From Pseudomonadota bacterium (GTDB lineage: Bacteria > Pseudomonadota > Alphaproteobacteria > Rickettsiales > UBA6187), in contig JAQCEY010000002.1 of the NCBI GenBank assembly GCA_027620075.1, positions 104,358 through 168,357 of the forward strand: DNA of 64,000 bases, given 5' to 3'. The stretch's first letter is position 1; each line of letters starts with the position of its first letter. This document shows, one piece after another, positions 28,661-37,572 of this stretch. Position numbers and translations under genes: made by a program. The notes beneath the pieces were generated by a model that did no database searches, had not been told where the DNA came from, and saw only the letters and a list, made by a program, of their open reading frames with translations.

Positions 28661-29056
28661 ATGGATAATGAAGCTGAAAATTACGGCAAGAAACAGACTC
28701 TCTTGCCGTTTATTAGCCTTTTTACGTCATTAGGTACGCTTGTTTGCTGTGCGTTGCCTGCCTTGCTGGTGACGATAGGGGCGGGGGCGGCTCTTGCTGG
28801 ACTGGTAAGTTCCGCTCCTTGGCTTGTTGCCTTGTCTAAATATAAAATATGGACATTTAGCATTGCGGGGGGGCTTATTATCGTATCGGGGATAGTACGC
28901 TATAAAAACCGCAATGCACCTTGCCCCATAGACCCCAAACAGGCAAAAGCATGTATGAAGCTGCGTAGGATAAGCTCGGTTATGTACCGGCTTTCGGTAG
29001 CCGTTTATATGATAGGGTTCTTTTTTGCGTTTGTGGCAAGTAAGGTTTTTTATTAG
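28661..29056 (+). CDS. MerT-like small membrane protein with a vicinal Cys pair in TM1
   Basis: TM1 LGTLVCCALPALLV, two further TM segments and a loop Cys pair (APCPIDPKQAKAC) mirror MerT topology. The start at 28661 (MDNEAE) comes directly after the upstream stop. Confidence 0.5.
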   Translation: MDNEAENYGKKQTLLPFISLFTSLGTLVCCALPALLVTIGAGAALAGLVSSAPWLVALSKYKIWTFSIAGGLIIVSGIVRYKNRNAPCPIDPKQAKACMKLRRISSVMYRLSVAVYMIGFFFAFVASKVFY

Positions 29057-29065
29057 GATTAAAAG

Positions 29066-29086
29066 CCCTCTCCCACAGGGAGAGGG
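29066..29086. repeat. Type C core hairpin fragment (C5), a possible shared terminator
   Basis: CCCTCTCCC-ACA-GGGAGAGGG, lying between convergent genes. Confidence 0.5.
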
Positions 29087-29122
29087 AGTCTAACAAAATG
29101 AAAATCGATGTTTTTTTTCGAT

Positions 29123-30856
29123 TTAGTTCATCAGGACTTCCGGACGTTCCTGTAACTTTTTCGTTTCGGCTATGACATCGGGGCGTATTCTGGAACTTGG
29201 CAGTATTACATTTGCCGTTGTACCCACTCCTACCTTGCTATCAAGCCTGAAAGTACCGCCATGCATCTGGGTAAGCATCTGACACAGAGGAAGCCCGAGA
29301 CCGGTTCCCTGATCCACGTCATCACCGTGAACCTGCTCAAATACTGCCATTGCTTTGGGTATGTCCTTAGAGTCAATACCGCGTCCGGTATCGCTTACCG
29401 ATATAACAATGTTATTTTCATTATCATAATGGCTGGAAACTACTATGTTTCCGCCTTCAGGTGTGAATTTAACGGCATTTGATAAAAGATTTAAAATTAT
29501 CTGTTTTATCTTTCTTCTGTCAGCGTAGATATAACTCTCGTTTTGCCCTACTTCGTTTATGACGTTAACGCCGTTAGTGCGTGCCTTTTGTTCAATTATA
29601 CGTATTGATGAGTTAATGGTTTTACCTATATCTACTATCTCTTCACGTAAGGTTAGTTTGCCCGCATCGCCTTTTGAAAAATCCAGAACATCGTTAATAA
29701 GCTCAAGAAGGTGGTTGCCGCATGAATTAATATCGCTTATACGTTCGGTTTGCGGAGGTGTAAGCTTCCCGAAATAATCCTTTGCAAGCATTTCGGAAAA
29801 GCCGATAATGGCATTTAGCGGAGTGCGAAGCTCATGGCTCATTTTAGCAAGAAAGTCGGATTTTGCCTGACTGGCAAGCAATGCTTTATTTTCAGCATTG
29901 CGAGATTTTTTGACCTGTTTATCAAAGAAATATGAAAAGGTAATTATAAGACCTATAAATAATACGAAAATAGTTCCGAACAGAGAATATTCGTTCCTGA
30001 CCCTATTTAAATGTTCGAAAATTCCCGTCTCGTCAATACTCAAAAACACGGAGACCGGCATATCTTTTAAGCTCTGTGCAGAATAAAGCTTGAATTTATT
30101 ACCGGCATTTTTTTCAAATATACGGGCAGATATTGACGGCTCTTTTGTAACCTCGTTGATAACGGGTGTAAAAAAAACGTTTTGTTTATCACTTGCCAAC
30201 AATACGTTTTCCGCATTGCTGTTGTGGGTAACGGCAAGCTGTACCTGCTTTTCGTTTAATGCCGATCTTAGTATGTTTATAAGAAGGTTGCCGTCTATTA
30301 CCGCAAGCACCATGCCGTCATACTGACCTTTTAGATTCTCCAGACGGCGGCTGGCGATTATCCGGTTGTCTTTTTCACTGGAAAGGGGGGTGATATACAG
30401 GCTGTTATCGGTAATTTCTCTATGATGTACGGCATGCTTCTTGATGGTTTCCTGAACGTTCATGTAGAGTGTTTCGACATCGCTGTCTTTTCTTACCACT
30501 ATATCGATAAATCCGTTCTCGTCACTAATCATCATAGCACTGATATGAGGGACTTCATTAACCCATAAGCCCATATTATGCTCCATATCGGATTTTAACG
30601 ATTTGCCGAACAGCATATTGAAATACTGGCGTTCAACCGCCCTGCGTAAAGTCTGGTCAACCGATATAAAACCTATCTCGACATTTGACGACAATATCTC
30701 GGTAAGCCTCGAAAGATCGAGTTTTGCTTGTGCTATAGTCTCATTATGCTCACGTTTATTTTGAAATATAGCAAAAGAAAAAAATAGTAACAACGCTATA
30801 GCACTGATTATTACTATTGTTCTTAGGTTAGATATTTTTAAAAGCTGCTGTTTCAT
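29123..30856 (-). CDS. Sensor histidine kinase with a periplasmic sensing domain (no cognate response regulator adjacent)
   Basis: 577 aa with an N-terminal TM, an extracytoplasmic region, a second TM, the H-box SHELRTPLNAI, the N-box LLSNAVKFT and G-boxes DTGRGI and GTGLGL. Confidence 0.86.
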   Translation of the reverse strand: MKQQLLKISNLRTIVIISAIALLLFFSFAIFQNKREHNETIAQAKLDLSRLTEILSSNVEIGFISVDQTLRRAVERQYFNMLFGKSLKSDMEHNMGLWVNEVPHISAMMISDENGFIDIVVRKDSDVETLYMNVQETIKKHAVHHREITDNSLYITPLSSEKDNRIIASRRLENLKGQYDGMVLAVIDGNLLINILRSALNEKQVQLAVTHNSNAENVLLASDKQNVFFTPVINEVTKEPSISARIFEKNAGNKFKLYSAQSLKDMPVSVFLSIDETGIFEHLNRVRNEYSLFGTIFVLFIGLIITFSYFFDKQVKKSRNAENKALLASQAKSDFLAKMSHELRTPLNAIIGFSEMLAKDYFGKLTPPQTERISDINSCGNHLLELINDVLDFSKGDAGKLTLREEIVDIGKTINSSIRIIEQKARTNGVNVINEVGQNESYIYADRRKIKQIILNLLSNAVKFTPEGGNIVVSSHYDNENNIVISVSDTGRGIDSKDIPKAMAVFEQVHGDDVDQGTGLGLPLCQMLTQMHGGTFRLDSKVGVGTTANVILPSSRIRPDVIAETKKLQERPEVLMN

Positions 30857-30985
30857 TGTTTTTAATTATAAAAAATGTATATTTCGATTAAGTTGTCTAA
30901 TTAAAACGTGTATTACAAAGGGTAACTTATTAGATAAAAGTTAACGAAAGGTTAACGGATAAAAAAATATTTTTATGAGTATAAA

Positions 30986-32494
30986 ATGGTAGCACATATT
31001 AACACCGTCGCATTTCAGGGAATCACGCCTAAAACCATAGATGTTCAGGTTCATATAGCTTCAGGGATACCTGCATTTAGCATAGTGGGATTGCCTGATA
31101 AGGCGGTGGGAGAATCCAAGGAGCGTATCCGTTCTGCGATGAATTCGTTAGGACTTTCCCTGCCGCCTTCAAGAATGACGGTAAATCTTGCACCGGCAGA
31201 TGTAATCAAGGAGGGAAGCCACTATGACCTTGCGATAGCGTTGGGGCTGATGATTGAAATGAACGTCCTTAAAAATGAAGAACTTGCCGACTATGTCGTT
31301 TTAGGAGAGCTATCACTGGACGGCTCGGTCACTACCGTTGCGGGAACTTTGCCTGCGGCTATCCACGCCGCATCAATAGGGAAGGGGATAATATGCCCGG
31401 TAAAAAACGGCCCGGAAGCATGTTGGGCAGGAGAAATAGAGATTCTGGCAGCAAGTAACCTGCTTGAACTTATTAACCATTTTAAAGGGACACAGGTAAT
31501 TACTCCACCTACGATAAAATTCGATGAGGCGGCTAACACCAACTACCCCGATTTGAGGGATATTAAAGGGCAGGAAAGTGCTAAACGTGCTTTAGAAGTG
31601 GCGGCTTCCGGCAATCATAATATGCTGATGACGGGACCTCCCGGATCGGGCAAGTCAATGCTGGCATCAAGATTGCCCGGAATAATCCCTGAGCTTTCAA
31701 GCAACGAAATGCTTGATGTAAGCATGATAGAAAGTATCTCGAATAACCTTGAGGACGGCAAAATAAAGCGTGTAAGACCTTTTCGTGACCCGCATCATTC
31801 ATGCTCGATGGCAGCTATGATAGGAGGAGGGAAACGGGCTATGCCGGGAGAAATAACGCTGGCTCATAACGGTGTTTTGTTCTTAGATGAGCTACCTGAA
31901 TTTCCAAGGCAGGTGCTGGATTCACTAAGGCAGCCGCTTGAGACGGGGCAGGTGACGGTATCAAGGGTAAACGCCCATGTTACATATCCGGCTAATTTTC
32001 AGCTTGTTGCCGCTATGAATCCTTGCAGATGCGGATATCTGGGTGATGCCGACAGGGCTTGTAATAAAGCCCCTAAATGTGCCGTTGATTATCAGTCAAA
32101 AATATCCGGTCCCTTGTTTGACAGGATAGATATTCATATCGAAGTTCCGCCGGTTACCCCTATGGATTTAAGCAAAGAGCCTGCAAAGGAAGGTAGTACC
32201 GAGGTTTTACAAAGGGTAAAAACGGCAAGAGAAATTCAGGCAAAGCGTTATGAGGGGCTTAACATTACTACTAACTCGCAGGCAGACGGTGAGATATTGT
32301 TACAAGTTGCTTCACCTGATAATGAGGGCAAAAAAATACTTGATACGGCATATGAGAAAATGGGGCTTTCTATGCGTGGATATAACAGGGTGTTAAGGGT
32401 TGCACGCACCATTGCCGATATGCAGGATAACGAAAAGGTGAAAAAAGAACATATTTGGGAAGCTTTGAGCTACCGAAAGGTGAATTTAAGGTAG
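30986..32494 (+). CDS. yifB: YifB/ComM family Mg-chelatase-like AAA+ ATPase
   Basis: 502 aa with a Lon-like N-terminal domain, Walker A GPPGSGKSM, and VLFLDELPEF. Confidence 0.9.
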   Translation: MVAHINTVAFQGITPKTIDVQVHIASGIPAFSIVGLPDKAVGESKERIRSAMNSLGLSLPPSRMTVNLAPADVIKEGSHYDLAIALGLMIEMNVLKNEELADYVVLGELSLDGSVTTVAGTLPAAIHAASIGKGIICPVKNGPEACWAGEIEILAASNLLELINHFKGTQVITPPTIKFDEAANTNYPDLRDIKGQESAKRALEVAASGNHNMLMTGPPGSGKSMLASRLPGIIPELSSNEMLDVSMIESISNNLEDGKIKRVRPFRDPHHSCSMAAMIGGGKRAMPGEITLAHNGVLFLDELPEFPRQVLDSLRQPLETGQVTVSRVNAHVTYPANFQLVAAMNPCRCGYLGDADRACNKAPKCAVDYQSKISGPLFDRIDIHIEVPPVTPMDLSKEPAKEGSTEVLQRVKTAREIQAKRYEGLNITTNSQADGEILLQVASPDNEGKKILDTAYEKMGLSMRGYNRVLRVARTIADMQDNEKVKKEHIWEALSYRKVNLR

Positions 32495-32643
32495 TTCAAA
32501 GCAACTGCGGATTTTAATTTATAAAAAGCCTTTATATTGTAACAAAAAATCTATATAATATAGATACAATTTAAACCCTACTAGAAGTTTCTAAATAATT
32601 ATAATATATACGGTGCATAGTAAGTTAATAGGCGGTATCAAGA

Positions 32644-33786
32644 ATGAGAAGAATTATAAATAGTCACAAGGATATTTCTTTTATAGCACGCAGTCCTGAA
32701 AATGAGAACGGCACTTCCGTTGAGCGTGAAAACGCTATAAGTGAAAGTGACAAAAATTCGGTATTTGACCTATCAAATAAAAAGCGAAAAGAGATTAGGG
32801 ATACGGGTGAGCCTATCAGAAACGCTCAAAGAGGCGGATATAATATAGAAATTGATGAAGTCGGCAGGTTCTTCGGTGATAACAGAGAAAAAGCTCAATC
32901 AGACCTTAAAACCTTGGAAGAAGAAACAAAAGATAAATCGCCGGAAGAAAAAAATGATGCCGTCCTTAAATTTATCAGGGAAAAAGGAGAGTTCCTAAAA
33001 CAAGAGATAAATGATGAAAAACAAGAATATCTAAAAGAAAATGAGTCCGAGCTACCTATGTTCGGAGGGGCAGGAGAGGCAAACCCTCAGGACGAACAAT
33101 CCCTTGGTGAGACGGAAGCAATATTGGCAAGGATACGTCAGGTAAACAGGCAGGCTAAGTTAGACCATGAACGCAAACGTGATGTTGCTGCCCTTGAAAA
33201 TTCTATTTTAATAGGTGCTGCTGCCGGAACTGTTACCGCTACGGTAAAAGCCCCGTTTGAAATGCTGATAGGGGGACTTGAAGAAATACAGAGGGAAGAG
33301 GGGATAGACCTGCGTGTATTGACGGGTATCTTATCGGGAGTTGCCGCTGTTGCCGCCGCTCCGTCAAACATTATAAACTTCTTCGCTCTTAGAAATGAAA
33401 GAAAGATTGCCGAAAGAATAAATGACCCTGACTATCTGGCACTGCTTGCAAGAGATGAAAAGGCATTCTTTAAAGGAAGCACTCCTAGCGTTTTCACAAG
33501 AAAATCAGATATAGACCTAAGCGAGAAAAATACATTATACGTCGACCCTGACAGAGACGGTGAACCCGGAGCGGGTGCTACTATCGGTGAAACCGGTAAC
33601 TTCATCGGTGGCGGCAGAGGGCGTACTAGTGACGATCACGGCGGATTCTTCAATTTTATTGATAATCACGCACAGGAAGTAATGAGGAATAATAGCTTGA
33701 ACAGCATCAAGGTCAGCGATAGGGAGGTTAATACACCAACCCCTAATCAGGCTGATAAAGATAATCCTCAGGGTTTGGGTTATTAA
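32644..33786 (+). CDS. Hypothetical protein with an acidic, charged N-terminal half, two adjacent Gly/Ala-rich hydrophobic segments and a Gly-rich C-terminus
   Basis: 380 aa. I recognise no family. The hydrophobic segments are aa 187-211 and 224-248. Confidence 0.5.
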   Translation: MRRIINSHKDISFIARSPENENGTSVERENAISESDKNSVFDLSNKKRKEIRDTGEPIRNAQRGGYNIEIDEVGRFFGDNREKAQSDLKTLEEETKDKSPEEKNDAVLKFIREKGEFLKQEINDEKQEYLKENESELPMFGGAGEANPQDEQSLGETEAILARIRQVNRQAKLDHERKRDVAALENSILIGAAAGTVTATVKAPFEMLIGGLEEIQREEGIDLRVLTGILSGVAAVAAAPSNIINFFALRNERKIAERINDPDYLALLARDEKAFFKGSTPSVFTRKSDIDLSEKNTLYVDPDRDGEPGAGATIGETGNFIGGGRGRTSDDHGGFFNFIDNHAQEVMRNNSLNSIKVSDREVNTPTPNQADKDNPQGLGY

Positions 33787-33818
33787 AAAATAGGCATTGC
33801 TAACCGAAATAGTTTTGC

Positions 33819-33902
33819 GTCATTACCATATAATTTTCTACGAAAATTCGGGGGATTGATAACCTATGGTTATGGTGCGGAAGTTCATTTTAAATCACTA
33901 TA
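33819..33902. repeat. Type B repeat, internally deleted copy B4
   Basis: GTCAT joins directly to ..CATATAATTTTCTACGAAAATTCGGGGGATTGATAAC...CACTATA. Hairpin 1 is missing. Confidence 0.6.
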
Positions 33903-34068
33903 AAAACCTCTGCAAAACCACATCTCCCTCTTCCTAACCGCTAGGAAGGGAGCTACATATGCAGGTGTAACAAACACTTGCGAGTTTTTACCCCTCACAA
34001 AAACACTTTCGTGTTTTTAACTCTCCGGCAAGGGGAGAGTAGTTTTTGGCTTTTGCAGAGCCTTCTAT
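33897..34068. repeat. Type C composite palindromic repeat, long form, copy C2
   Basis: ACTATAAAAACCTCTGCAAAACC...CTTTTGCAGAGCCTTCTATAC. The interior is about 80 percent identical to 8721..8890. Confidence 0.8.
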
Positions 34069-34072
34069 ACTC

Positions 34073-34756
34073 TTATTTATATTTTACAACCTCACCGTCT
34101 TTTAAGGTTACTATCCTATCCATTTGCTTTGCCAGTTCAAGATTATGCGTAACTATCAGCATGGCAAGCCCGACGGATTTAGCCGATTGTATCAGTATGT
34201 CAAAAACATCTTTTGATGTTGCAGGATCAAGGTTTCCTGTCGGCTCGTCCGCAAGCAGGATAGACGGCTTATTGACTATCGCACGTGCAATGGCAACCCT
34301 TTGCTGCTCACCGCCTGAAAGCTCGGACGGTTTATGATCTATGCGGTGCGATAAACCTAGCCTTTTTAAGATATCTTTTGCTTCGTCCGTAGCCTTATTC
34401 ATAGAACTTTTTAATATAAGCTGCGGTATTATTACATTCTCCAGTGCCGAGAATTCAGGCAATAAATGGTGGAACTGGTAGATAAACCCTATATCCTTGC
34501 TTCTGATAGAAGTTCTTTGCATATCGGAAGCTTTGGTGCAATCTTCGTCATTTATTATTATTTTACCGCTTGTAGGGCTGTCCAGCAGTCCGGCAATCTG
34601 TAACAGCGTGCTTTTGCCCGACCCGCTCGGACCTATCAGGGCAACAGCTTCACCCTGCTTTATATCAAGACAGGCGTTTTGCAGAACTTTTATCTTGTTC
34701 TTGCCCTGCCTGAACGTTTTACTGACTTTATCAAGCGATATAACTACCTTACTCAT
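34073..34756 (-). CDS. lolD: Lipoprotein-releasing system ATP-binding protein LolD
   Basis: 227 aa ABC ATPase with GPSGSGKSTLL, LSGGEQQRVAIARA and LLADEPTGNLD. It overlaps the upstream permease gene by 8 nt. Confidence 0.85.
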   Translation of the reverse strand: MSKVVISLDKVSKTFRQGKNKIKVLQNACLDIKQGEAVALIGPSGSGKSTLLQIAGLLDSPTSGKIIINDEDCTKASDMQRTSIRSKDIGFIYQFHHLLPEFSALENVIIPQLILKSSMNKATDEAKDILKRLGLSHRIDHKPSELSGGEQQRVAIARAIVNKPSILLADEPTGNLDPATSKDVFDILIQSAKSVGLAMLIVTHNLELAKQMDRIVTLKDGEVVKYK

Positions 34757-35993
34757 ATCTCAAAGCCTCCGCAGGGTCTTGTCTTGCCGCCTTATATGCA
34801 GGGTATATAGTGGCAAGGAATGAGAACAAAAGACCCATTCCCACAGACCACGCAACATCAGTAGCCTGAATATCAGAGGGAAGCTCCGACAAAAAGTAAA
34901 TCACAGGATCAAAAAGCTTATTACCCGTTATTGACTCAAGCTTGCTCCTTATGGATTCTATGTTAGAGGCAAAGCTTATGCCTAATATAAAGCCCAGTAA
35001 AGTACCCACAACCCCTATCGAAGCACCGCAAAGGAAGAATATCCGTAATATCATTCCCCTTGTTGCCCCAATGGTGCGTAAAATAGCAATGTCATTGCTT
35101 TTGTCATTTACCAGCATTATCAGGCTTGAAATTATATTAAATGCCGCAATGAACACTATCAGGGTGAGTATCAGGAACATAACCGTTCTCTCTACTTTGA
35201 GGGCATTAAATAAAGTGGCGTTCGATGTTTTCCAGTCGCTTACTATAAAAAGCCCCTCCAGTACGGACTCTATCTTCCTTACTATAAGCTCGGAATGTTG
35301 CGGGTTATCGGTCATTATCTCAATTGAATTAACCGAATCGGGGAACGAGAAGAATAATTGGGCAGATTCCAGCGGCATCAGGATAATGTTATTATCATAC
35401 TCATACATGCCGGCTTCAAATATAGCCGCCACATAATAGCTTTTCAGCTTTGGCATAGTACCTAGTGCCGTAGCACGCCCCTTCGGCGATATCAGTGTAA
35501 CCTTTTCACCTACAAACACCCCAAGACGGTTAGCAAGCTTTGAACCCAGTATAATCCTGTTTTCAAGGGCGAAATCCTCAATATCACCGTCTTTGATATT
35601 GTCGGCTATCAGCGGCTTTTCTTTAACATCTAAAAGGCGTATGCCCTTTACGACCGCACCGGTAGTAGTGTATTTGGTAGTTACCATAGCCTGTCCGTCA
35701 ATTATCGGAGATAATGACTTTACCCCCTCAATCTGAGTAAGACCGCCTGTCAGCTCATCAAAACCGCGTATCTCCCGTTCATAGCTAGATATGTATATAT
35801 GACCGCTTACACCGAGTATCTTATTGGTTATCTCCGCCCGAAAACCGTTCATGACTGCCATTACAACTATCAGCGTAGCAACACCAAGGGCAATTCCGAT
35901 AAACGAAAAGCCTGCAATTACGGATATAAAGCCCTCACGCCTGCGGGAACGCAGGTATCTAAAGGCTATCATTCGTTCAATTTTTGAAAACAT
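34749..35993 (-). CDS. lolC: Lipoprotein-releasing system permease LolC/LolE family
   Basis: 414 aa with FtsX/MacB-type topology, MIAFRYLRSRR at the N-terminus and a C-terminal PAYKAARQDPAEALRYE. Confidence 0.82.
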   Translation of the reverse strand: MFSKIERMIAFRYLRSRRREGFISVIAGFSFIGIALGVATLIVVMAVMNGFRAEITNKILGVSGHIYISSYEREIRGFDELTGGLTQIEGVKSLSPIIDGQAMVTTKYTTTGAVVKGIRLLDVKEKPLIADNIKDGDIEDFALENRIILGSKLANRLGVFVGEKVTLISPKGRATALGTMPKLKSYYVAAIFEAGMYEYDNNIILMPLESAQLFFSFPDSVNSIEIMTDNPQHSELIVRKIESVLEGLFIVSDWKTSNATLFNALKVERTVMFLILTLIVFIAAFNIISSLIMLVNDKSNDIAILRTIGATRGMILRIFFLCGASIGVVGTLLGFILGISFASNIESIRSKLESITGNKLFDPVIYFLSELPSDIQATDVAWSVGMGLLFSFLATIYPAYKAARQDPAEALRYE

Positions 35994-36006
35994 ACTAATT
36001 TTTTAT

Positions 36007-37302
36007 TTAGATAAGTTTTTCTAATGCAGCTTCAACTGATATTTCCTGTTTTTCGCCTGTCTTGCGACTTTTAAACTCAACCATACCTGCAGCTACTCCT
36101 CTTGGTCCTACGGCAACCTGCCACGGCAGACCTATCAAATCCATTGAGGCGAATTTTTTCCCGGCACTTTCTTTGGTATCGTCGTATAGTACCTCAACGC
36201 CTGCATTTTGCAACTTGTTATATATATCCTCACAAGCTTTATCGCAAGCTTCATCACCTGTGCGGATATTTACCAGCCCCACCTTAAACGGTGCGACGGA
36301 TTCAGACCAGATTATCCCTGCATCATCATGACTTGATTCTATTATAGCACCTACAAGCCTTGAAACTCCGATTCCGTAAGACCCCATGTCGGGATATACG
36401 GACTTGCCGTCCTTATCCAAAATAGTAACGTTCATAGCTTTGGTGTATTTAGTACCGAAGTTAAATATATGCCCCACTTCTACGCCACGTCTTGTACGCA
36501 AATCTTCTTTTGCAACCGGACATTTTGCCTCATCGTGCATTTCATCGGCGGCAGCGTAAAGCTTTCTCATCTCATCAGGGTTCAATTCGTCCTGTGCTAT
36601 AAGGTCATCAAACTTTTTGTCGTAATATATCTGGCTTTCGCCTGTTTCTGCCAAGATCTGGAATTCATGGCTCAAATCACCGCCTATAGCACCGTTATCA
36701 GCCTTGACCGGAATAGCCGTCAAACCCATACGCTTGAAGGTCTTTAAATATGCTTCATACATGATATCGTAAGACTTTTTAGCTCCCTCTTTATCAAGGT
36801 CGAAGCTGTATGCGTCCTTCATCAAAAATTCCCTGCCGCGCATAACACCGAAACGCGGGCGTATCTCGTCCCTGAACTTCCACTGTATGTTATAAAGGTT
36901 AAGCGGAAGGCTTTTATAGCTCTTAGTGTTTTTGCGGAATATGTCGGTAACCACCTCTTCGGCGGTAGGTCCGAAAAGCATATGGTTATCATGCCTGTCG
37001 GTTATACGCAGCATTTCCTTGCCGTAATCGTCGTAACGCCCCGATTCCTGCCATAATTTTGCAGGCTGTATGGTGGGCATCAATATCTCTATTGCCCCCG
37101 CCTTATCCATTTCCTGACGGACAATGTTCTCTATTTTCGTTAATACCTTTAAACCCAAAGGCAACCAGCTATATATTCCCGAATTTGTTTGGCGTACCAT
37201 GCCCGCACGCAGCATTAACCTATGCGAAACTATTGTAGCCTCGGCAGGATTCTCCTTGATTAGTGGAATAAAAAATCTTGATAAACGCATATATGAATCC
37301 AT
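36007..37302 (-). CDS. proS: Prolyl-tRNA synthetase (short alphaproteobacterial type without an INS editing domain)
   Basis: 431 aa with class II motifs ([23 protein letters not shown]). The start may be 37290 ([15 protein letters not shown]). Confidence 0.93.
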   Translation of the reverse strand: MDSYMRLSRFFIPLIKENPAEATIVSHRLMLRAGMVRQTNSGIYSWLPLGLKVLTKIENIVRQEMDKAGAIEILMPTIQPAKLWQESGRYDDYGKEMLRITDRHDNHMLFGPTAEEVVTDIFRKNTKSYKSLPLNLYNIQWKFRDEIRPRFGVMRGREFLMKDAYSFDLDKEGAKKSYDIMYEAYLKTFKRMGLTAIPVKADNGAIGGDLSHEFQILAETGESQIYYDKKFDDLIAQDELNPDEMRKLYAAADEMHDEAKCPVAKEDLRTRRGVEVGHIFNFGTKYTKAMNVTILDKDGKSVYPDMGSYGIGVSRLVGAIIESSHDDAGIIWSESVAPFKVGLVNIRTGDEACDKACEDIYNKLQNAGVEVLYDDTKESAGKKFASMDLIGLPWQVAVGPRGVAAGMVEFKSRKTGEKQEISVEAALEKLI

Positions 37303-37514
37303 TAAAGTCTATAATTCTTCTAAGTAGTATGCCTGATTATCATATCATTTTTTAATTATCAAATAATTCATGATTTTATAGCCAATTAACTTGATTTTTG
37401 CACGAGCATGCTTTGTAGCGAAGCGAGTGTTATCCTAACCGGCGAGCAAATCTCCATTTTGTAACAATTGTGCGGTATTGGCGCAATTTTGATTTTAAAT
37501 AATTCTTTCTATAT

Positions 37515-37551
37515 AAAAAAAATCCCTCCTGAATTACAGGGGGGATTTTTT
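37515..37551. terminator. Bidirectional Rho-independent terminator downstream of flgE
   Basis: AAAAAATCCCTCCTG-AATTA-CAGGGGGGATTTTTT, with an A-run on one side and a T-run on the other. Confidence 0.7.
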
Positions 37552-37572
37552 ATCGGTTAATCATAACTGCTC

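Noticed and set aside
27198-29056. Annotating the metal cluster as a mercury resistance (mer) operon
   Set aside because: No MerA reductase, MerR regulator or MerB is present. MerT/MerP-like import without MerA would be detrimental for mercury. It is therefore reported only as a MerT/MerP-like module of unknown metal specificity.
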